A DNA stretch of 64,000 nt, from assembly GCA_963665665.1 (NCBI GenBank), contig OY762428.1, positions 2,944,001-3,008,000 of the forward strand, given 5' to 3'. The position numbers and the translations under genes were made by a program. Each line of letters starts with the position of its first letter. Within the stretch, counting starts at the first letter, position 1. The notes under the pieces were generated by a model, which saw only the letters and a program-made list of their open reading frames with translations, was not told the DNA's origin and searched no databases. This DNA comes from Candidatus Kapaibacterium sp. (lineage in GTDB: Bacteria; Bacteroidota; Ignavibacteria; Kapaibacteriales; UBA2268). Below are positions 58,180 to 64,000 of the stretch, piece after piece.

Positions 58180-60555
58180 CTATAATTTAATGTTAATTTT
58201 GGCTCCGTAAACTGCCGGTTCTATCACGAAACCTCCCCTTAAAACCTGATCCTGCCATTTATTTCCTGCTTCATAGGTATATCTCTTAAAGCCATCTGAA
58301 CTAAAAATATTCATACCGTAAATGGAAATGCTGTATTTGTCGTTAAATATCCATGAGACGGATGCATTTGATGAGAAATTGGTTTTAAAAGCATTTTCCT
58401 CACGGAATCTGTCAACTACTACTTGATATGCTTCGCCGTCGGGATTGCCCTCAACGGCATTCTCGATTACAACCAATCCGTCCTTTGCTCCTTCATATTG
58501 CCAGAAAATCCGAAAATCTGCATGCAACAGCAATTTATCTTCAAATAACTTTAATCGGGCTATCAGTTTGCTTGTATTGTTAGCCCAGTTATTAAGGTCA
58601 TTTCCAGTTCCAGTTAATATTGAACCGTCAAGCTGAACATTGTAGTCGGAATAGCTGATACCGCTTTTATCTATCTGATCGCTCATATCCCATTCTACCT
58701 GCTTCACATAGGAATGGTTCAGATTAATTATCAATCCTTTGTATTTGTATGTTGTTTCTAATTCAATTCCTGCAAGGCTGAGCTCGCCTGTTAAGCGGGT
58801 TGTTCTGTTGTCATCGAACCAGCTTAAGACTTCAAGGTGATTGTAAAATGTTGAAATATTGAACTGCAGATTTTCATTATAATTACAAAGATAGATCAAT
58901 TCCATGCCGTTCAATGTTTCAGGATCTGATTTTTTTCCGGAGAAATTTTCTATCAGTAGCTGGTCCGCTGTATTCATTCTTTGCGATTGCTGCAAAATCA
59001 GTTTCAGGTAATTGTTTTCTGCCGGCAGGTAAATCAGGGCAAATCGTGGAGAGAATAATAGTTCTGAATAGCTGTCCTTGTCAACTCTTGATGATAATAG
59101 CAGGTTTAAATTTGTTCTGACCGGAATATTCACTTCCGCCAGAAAAGATAATGTATTGGTTGACCATCCGTCGCCAACCCAATAGCCTTCACCATCGGAC
59201 ACCCCCCTGCAAAGACCCGGATCAACTATTGTATCATATACTTTGGAATCCGGGCCGCTTATTATATTATGCTGATCTCCCATTCTGAACTCTGTCCTGT
59301 CCATACCCCAGCCCGGCCCCCAGGAATTTCTGGAATACTCAATACCAACAGCAGCATCAATCCCGTTTTCATATTCTTTGTTCAGGATAAATCGGGCCAG
59401 CAATTCATCTTCGGAAAAATGATAATACTTATTCCTGATACTGTTAATATCTCCAAGTTCTCGGAGAATATCCTCGGGTATGGGAACAAAAGCCCAATGA
59501 TGCATGAAATACTCTTCACGCCTTATCACATCTTCACTGTCCCAGCTAAGCATTGATGATAACTTATAATTGCTGCCAAAATCATGCTCGTTAGCCAAAG
59601 TAATAGTAAAATGCCTGTCATTGCACTGCTTGATATTTTTATAGTCACCTAACTTTGGTGAGCCATCATCGTTCAGCCCTGTTTGGGGGTAATGCTTTCC
59701 GGCCACACCAAACTGCGTGGAGCCGGCTCCTGTATATCTTGCCCAGGCTTTCCATTCATTTAAAAAACGAATTTCAGTAAAAAATTTCAGCTGCGGCTGA
59801 TCATTATAGTCCCTCATATAATCATTAACAAGGTCAGCATTTCCTTCTTCGGTATAATAGCCGATCATATTAATTCTGTGGGACCTGAATGCCTCGATTC
59901 CCTTTATACCCGGAGTTTTCGATACCGAGCCGAATATGCTGAACCCGAGAGTATCATTGCCGCTGCCATAATGCAGGCTAAGGTTATGGTTGTTGTATTC
60001 AGAAAGATATGAATAGTCGGCACCAAGGCCTTTCTTTCTGAAGTCCTTAGTTTTAATATTTATAATACCTGCAACAGCCCCCGGGCCGTAAGTAACCGAT
60101 CCCGGCCCGCGAATAATCTGAATTTCTTCAATATCTGTCAGGTCGTGATTCTCAAGTTCGGATGTGGCGCCGTTATGAGCTTTCATATTTGAATACCTGC
60201 CATTAACAAGAAGAACATATTTATAATTTCTGTCCGTGATTATCCCCCTGATACCGATATGCGGGCTGTCGTGGTGGTTCATCCATAAAGCGCCGGGAAC
60301 AAAAGTTTCAATCAGGTCGTAAATATTTCTTGCGGGAGTGATCTCAATATCTCTTGAAGTAATCGTTGTAATCGAAACCGGCAGCATATTGCTTTCCTGC
60401 GGAATAATCGTCCCTCCCCTTATTTCAATATTGAAAAGGTCGTCGGTTTCCAGGCTCAGAAGATCGTTGATATCCAGTTCAGCCTGGCCATAGCTTTTGA
60501 TATTTATTATCAAAAAAAGAATGGGAAATATCAATAGTGATATTCTATTATACAT
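58180..60555 (-). CDS. TonB-dependent receptor
   Basis: Signal peptide; LLSLETDDLFNIEI, plug IRG...LLVNGR, IEEIQIIRGPGSVTYG.GAVAGIINIKTK; beta-barrel C-terminus. Confidence 0.88.
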   Translation of the reverse strand: MYNRISLLIFPILFLIINIKSYGQAELDINDLLSLETDDLFNIEIRGGTIIPQESNMLPVSITTITSRDIEITPARNIYDLIETFVPGALWMNHHDSPHIGIRGIITDRNYKYVLLVNGRYSNMKAHNGATSELENHDLTDIEEIQIIRGPGSVTYGPGAVAGIINIKTKDFRKKGLGADYSYLSEYNNHNLSLHYGSGNDTLGFSIFGSVSKTPGIKGIEAFRSHRINMIGYYTEEGNADLVNDYMRDYNDQPQLKFFTEIRFLNEWKAWARYTGAGSTQFGVAGKHYPQTGLNDDGSPKLGDYKNIKQCNDRHFTITLANEHDFGSNYKLSSMLSWDSEDVIRREEYFMHHWAFVPIPEDILRELGDINSIRNKYYHFSEDELLARFILNKEYENGIDAAVGIEYSRNSWGPGWGMDRTEFRMGDQHNIISGPDSKVYDTIVDPGLCRGVSDGEGYWVGDGWSTNTLSFLAEVNIPVRTNLNLLLSSRVDKDSYSELLFSPRFALIYLPAENNYLKLILQQSQRMNTADQLLIENFSGKKSDPETLNGMELIYLCNYNENLQFNISTFYNHLEVLSWFDDNRTTRLTGELSLAGIELETTYKYKGLIINLNHSYVKQVEWDMSDQIDKSGISYSDYNVQLDGSILTGTGNDLNNWANNTSKLIARLKLFEDKLLLHADFRIFWQYEGAKDGLVVIENAVEGNPDGEAYQVVVDRFREENAFKTNFSSNASVSWIFNDKYSISIYGMNIFSSDGFKRYTYEAGNKWQDQVLRGGFVIEPAVYGAKINIKL

Positions 60556-60658
60556 TTATTCTCCATACAAGTTAAATCAGATTGTATAAAATAGCAATAA
60601 TGCTCCAATAGAGTATCTGAAAAATACATTTGTATTTCAAATGTTGCAGCAAAATAAA

Positions 60659-61666
60659 TTATTCCATCGCATTGGCAAAGTCGATATATTCATCAGGCAT
60701 ATCAAGATGAGTTGAATAATCATCATCACAAGCCTGCTCAAGTGTTAATATGGCAGGTTTTTGCCCGCCATAGTATGCCGTGTAAAAGCCATGGCTGCAC
60801 TTCTGATATGCGTTTTTTACCATATTGTATCCCAGCCAGCTTGCCAGGAGTACATCCTTGACCGCGGCGGTTCCTCCCCGTTGGAAATATTCCATATTTA
60901 CCGTCCTGATTTCATGCCTGATATTTCTTTTCGAGAATATTTCTTCCAGGATACCCCTGATATCATCAACTGTTTTTTCGTAGCCCTCGGCAACAAGAAT
61001 TCGTGTATCTCTTTTCCTTTCATTTATCATTGTTGCAATTCTGTTAAAATCAACATCCTGGCCCGGCAAAATAATATGCTCCGATCCGGTTGCTATTCCC
61101 GCATAAAAAGCAAGGTAGCCACTTTCCGCTCCCATACTGTTAATTATATAAACCTTCCTGTGAGCACTTGCAGTATCCCTTATCCAGCCCAGCATATCAC
61201 GGCTTTTGTCTATTGCACTATAAAATCCTACAGAAAACCCGAAATTATTACATACATCATTATCAATTGAACCGGGTGTAAACAAAATCCTGGTGCGAAT
61301 TTCTTTTTTATCAATCAGGTCGCAAATTCTTTTGGCAGCTTTTAAACTTCCGTTTCCGCCGATAACCATCAGGTAATCAATAAAATTGTCATGCAGGTTC
61401 ATTACTGCGGCTTCCTGCATTTCTTTGTTATCTTTCAGTTCCGGCAGCCTTAATGTACCAAGTACAGTGCCTCCGACCTGAGCAAGCCCGGCTGTGTCTT
61501 TTTTAGTCAGTTTTTTGAAATTTCCATCAACAAGGCCCTGCCAGCCGTCAATAATTCCCCAAACTGAAGTAGTAGGTTTAAGGTTTATGGCTGATCGCAC
61601 TACCGCCCTGACAAAACCGTTCATACCGGGACAATCGCCGCCGCCCGTTAAAATTGCAAATCTCAT
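60659..61666 (-). CDS. pfkA: 6-phosphofructokinase family protein (divergent)
   Basis: LTGGGDCPGMN, GGTVLGT.R, IGGNGS, PGSIDND, RDTASAH, QRGG. Confidence 0.8.
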   Translation of the reverse strand: MRFAILTGGGDCPGMNGFVRAVVRSAINLKPTTSVWGIIDGWQGLVDGNFKKLTKKDTAGLAQVGGTVLGTLRLPELKDNKEMQEAAVMNLHDNFIDYLMVIGGNGSLKAAKRICDLIDKKEIRTRILFTPGSIDNDVCNNFGFSVGFYSAIDKSRDMLGWIRDTASAHRKVYIINSMGAESGYLAFYAGIATGSEHIILPGQDVDFNRIATMINERKRDTRILVAEGYEKTVDDIRGILEEIFSKRNIRHEIRTVNMEYFQRGGTAAVKDVLLASWLGYNMVKNAYQKCSHGFYTAYYGGQKPAILTLEQACDDDYSTHLDMPDEYIDFANAME

Positions 61667-61798
61667 GCTGCCTCCGGAAATTCCATAGAAGAAATTTATG
61701 ATTACTATTTACGAATATAAAATAATAAATAATATGAATTAATCTAAAATATTTAAGGAAATTTTTCATGTTACCGCCGGCGGGGGACATTCCTGTCG

Positions 61799-62061
61799 GT
61801 CATTCTGAAGGAGCGAAGCGACTGAAGAATCCACCCATCACGAAAGTGGCGTAGCCGCATCATTTTTGTAGAAAGGCAAACCCGGAAAAACAACAGCCCC
61901 GTCGGGGCGGCATTTATATATCAGATGTCGCTCAAACGGAGCTTTTTCCCTCCTTCCCAGGTACAACTTGGGAAGGATTATTTCCTACAAAGTTCTACTT
62001 TGGAATTATGAAGCCCAGCTTCAAAGTAAAACTGCATTACGAAGTACAACTTCGTAATGAG
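61799..62061. repeat. Cluster of several REP/MITE-like palindromic elements
   Basis: GTCATTCTGAAGGAGCGAAGCGACTGAAGAATCC; GCCCCGTCGGGGC...ATGTCGCTC; TCCTTCCCAGGTACAACTTGGGAAGGA; CATTACGAAGTACAACTTCGTAATG. Confidence 0.65.
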
Positions 62062-62133
62062 GGAAAAAATGCAACCGTCCTACGGACTCCACTCCTCCGT
62101 GATGAGTTGTAAAAAAAATTACTTGTATTCACC

Positions 62134-62162
62134 TTGCATTTCCGGTTGATATAAATTATATT
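62134..62162 (+). promoter_or_regulatory. Sigma70-like promoter of hicBA
   Basis: TTGCAT-17 bp-TATATT. Confidence 0.4.
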
Positions 62163-62232
62163 GCTCCTGTTGATTGAAATAGCCTGATTTTTTATACGTT
62201 TAATAAAGCAGGTAAATAATATTGAGGATTAT

Positions 62233-62451
62233 ATGAAACAAGTATATACTGCAAAATTTATTGAAACAGAAGACGGTGTTATGGGGCAATTGATCGAATG
62301 GCCGGAAGTTGTAACTGAAGGGAAAAATCTTGAGGATTGCCGCGCTATGCTCCGTGATGCTTTGAATGAGATGGTTTCGGCCTACCGGCAAATCGGGAAA
62401 CCCATACCATACACTCCATCGCAGTTTGAAGAAATGGCTTTAGAGATATGA
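62233..62451 (+). CDS. hicB: HicB-family antitoxin (short form)
   Basis: YTAKF...EWPEVVTEGKNLEDCRAMLRDAL...IP. Confidence 0.85.
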   Translation: MKQVYTAKFIETEDGVMGQLIEWPEVVTEGKNLEDCRAMLRDALNEMVSAYRQIGKPIPYTPSQFEEMALEI

Positions 62452-62452
62452 T

Positions 62453-62641
62453 ATGTCTGTTAAAAGGAAAGACCTGATAAAATATCTTGTTTTGAACGGG
62501 TTTTATTTTCTACGGGAAGGTTCCAATCATTCAATTTACAGTAATGACAGCAAAATCATTCCGGTTAAAAGGCACAAACAATTTGATCGTATTACAGCAA
62601 ATGAAATTTGCAAGCAGGCCGGACTGGATAAGAAATTTTAA
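62453..62641 (+). CDS. hicA: HicA-family toxin
   Basis: DLIKYL..NGF...REGSNHSIY...PVKRH...ICKQAGL. Confidence 0.87.
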   Translation: MSVKRKDLIKYLVLNGFYFLREGSNHSIYSNDSKIIPVKRHKQFDRITANEICKQAGLDKKF

Positions 62642-62855
62642 AATTATAGCAAAGAGAATTTCAATTATTTCTGAAATACTATGTTTTACTTCGCAAAGCC
62701 GTTTCCAATAGAAGCGCACAAAAACTATTTCCAGTTTAATTTTGCTGGGAATTATTCTTCCCAGGCAGGAGCTTGGCAAGCAGGAAATTTATACTCCACT
62801 TCTTCGGCGGACATGAATAAACAGACTTACTATGCGGAAATGTTCTTAACAATGA

Positions 62856-63914
62856 TCAAATATCATAATCAACAATAACATCATCAGTCAGCGGATGTGC
62901 CTGGCAGGAAAGAATATACCCGCTCTCAATTTCATCATCGGTGAGCGCTTCGCTTTCATCCATTTTCACTTTGCCGGAAATTAGCTTTGCGCGGCAGGTT
63001 GAACATGCTCCTATCTGGCAACTGAAGGGCGGCTCGTGGCCTTCCCGCATGGCGGCTGTAAGAATCGTTTCATCAGGCTCAACTTCGTATTCCAGTTCCT
63101 CGCCATAAAGGTTAATAGTAACATTTCTTGTCTTTAGCAGCAGATTATCATTTTCTTTAGTTTCAATATCATCAGCAACGAAGGATTCTTTGTGGATTTG
63201 TGAATCTGGTATTCCGAGTTCTTTCAGCCCGGAAATAATTATTTTCATCAAAGCCGGAGGGCCGCATAAGAAGTACCCGGCATCAATATAATCTTGTTCA
63301 GCATATTCTTTAAGAGCTTTAACTGTTATTTCGGCAGTGAATTTTCCTTTTAAATGCTGATAATCATTGCCCGGATCGCTAAGAAAATGAATTATCTCAA
63401 ATTTTTTATTATACTCTTTTTGCAGGCATTCTAATTCATTTTTAAATATTATGCTGTTCTCATCCCTGTTTGCATAAAAAAGTAATATTTTTCTGGCATT
63501 TCCTTCCGTCAAATTTTGTTTTATCATAGATTTCAAAGGGGTAATACCGCTTCCGCCGGCAAACATTATCATTGATTTATTTTTTATCAGATCCTTCTCT
63601 GCTGTAAACCTGCCCTCGGGCGGCATAATATTTAACTTTGCCCCGGGAAATATTCTTGTATTAAGATAATCCGAAACGCCGTCAGGATTTGTAGTTTTTA
63701 TTGTTATAGACAGGTTTTCCTCAAAAGGAGCCGACGAGATAGAATAGGCTCTGCGTTCTTCTTTTCCATCAAAATCAATAACTATAGTTATATACTGGCC
63801 TGCCTTATATTCAAATTCAGGCTTGATTTCATCCGGAATTTTGAACATAATCGTTACGGCATCTCTGGTTTCTTTTCTTACTTCGGATATTTCAAGTTCA
63901 TAAAATTTATTCAT
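62856..63914 (-). CDS. Ferredoxin-NAD(P) reductase with C-terminal 2Fe-2S domain (PaaE-like)
   Basis: RAYSISS FAD motif, AGGSGITP, FLCGP, ESF, C-x4-C-x2-C...C ferredoxin. Confidence 0.9.
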   Translation of the reverse strand: MNKFYELEISEVRKETRDAVTIMFKIPDEIKPEFEYKAGQYITIVIDFDGKEERRAYSISSAPFEENLSITIKTTNPDGVSDYLNTRIFPGAKLNIMPPEGRFTAEKDLIKNKSMIMFAGGSGITPLKSMIKQNLTEGNARKILLFYANRDENSIIFKNELECLQKEYNKKFEIIHFLSDPGNDYQHLKGKFTAEITVKALKEYAEQDYIDAGYFLCGPPALMKIIISGLKELGIPDSQIHKESFVADDIETKENDNLLLKTRNVTINLYGEELEYEVEPDETILTAAMREGHEPPFSCQIGACSTCRAKLISGKVKMDESEALTDDEIESGYILSCQAHPLTDDVIVDYDI

Positions 63915-64000
63915 ATATCTATTGCTCTTTTTCTCGGTAAAAATTAGTATTCAAATTATTAAAGTATCTTTTACTTATCTGGCTTTTAGACTATAACTAT

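Noticed and set aside
622-61790. Numerous short antisense or alternate-frame ORFs in the track nested inside long genes
   Set aside because: Typical shadow ORFs with no RBS or domain evidence
62531-62878. ORFs 62531-62779 (-) and 62681-62878 (+)
   Set aside because: No motifs; they overlap hicA or the reductase end

Overview
This is a bacterial window, probably from the FCB group: T9SS C-terminal sorting domains suggest a Bacteroidota/Kapabacteria/Ignavibacteria-like host (inference). Positions 1 to ~24754 are the right end of an integrated temperate prophage-like element. It has a leftward early operon (primase Zn finger, initiator with embedded iteron-like repeats, prim-pol, nuclease-SMC fusion, AAA ATPase, DUF932-like protein, Cro) and a divergent CI-like repressor. 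A ~14 kb defence cargo follows: a type I R-M system interleaved with HEPN-like, XRE/IrrE+PIN, AlbA, SIR2 and DUF2971 genes. The element ends with a tyrosine integrase and a tRNA-3'-end-like att site. The host region has two tandem paralog pairs with swapped or hypervariable central modules (VWA/beta-propeller T9SS cargo; DUF4139), murF, lolC/E, a Ca/Na antiporter and a 1.9-kaa T9SS protein with Tyr-rich loops. It also has a PIN TA pair and rhuM bracketed by repeated fragments of one pseudogene, an N-truncated clpB, a TonB-receptor/YfiR/hybrid kinase operon, a divergent pfkA, REP-like clusters, hicBA and a ferredoxin reductase. All family calls come from motif recognition by eye; no searches were run.
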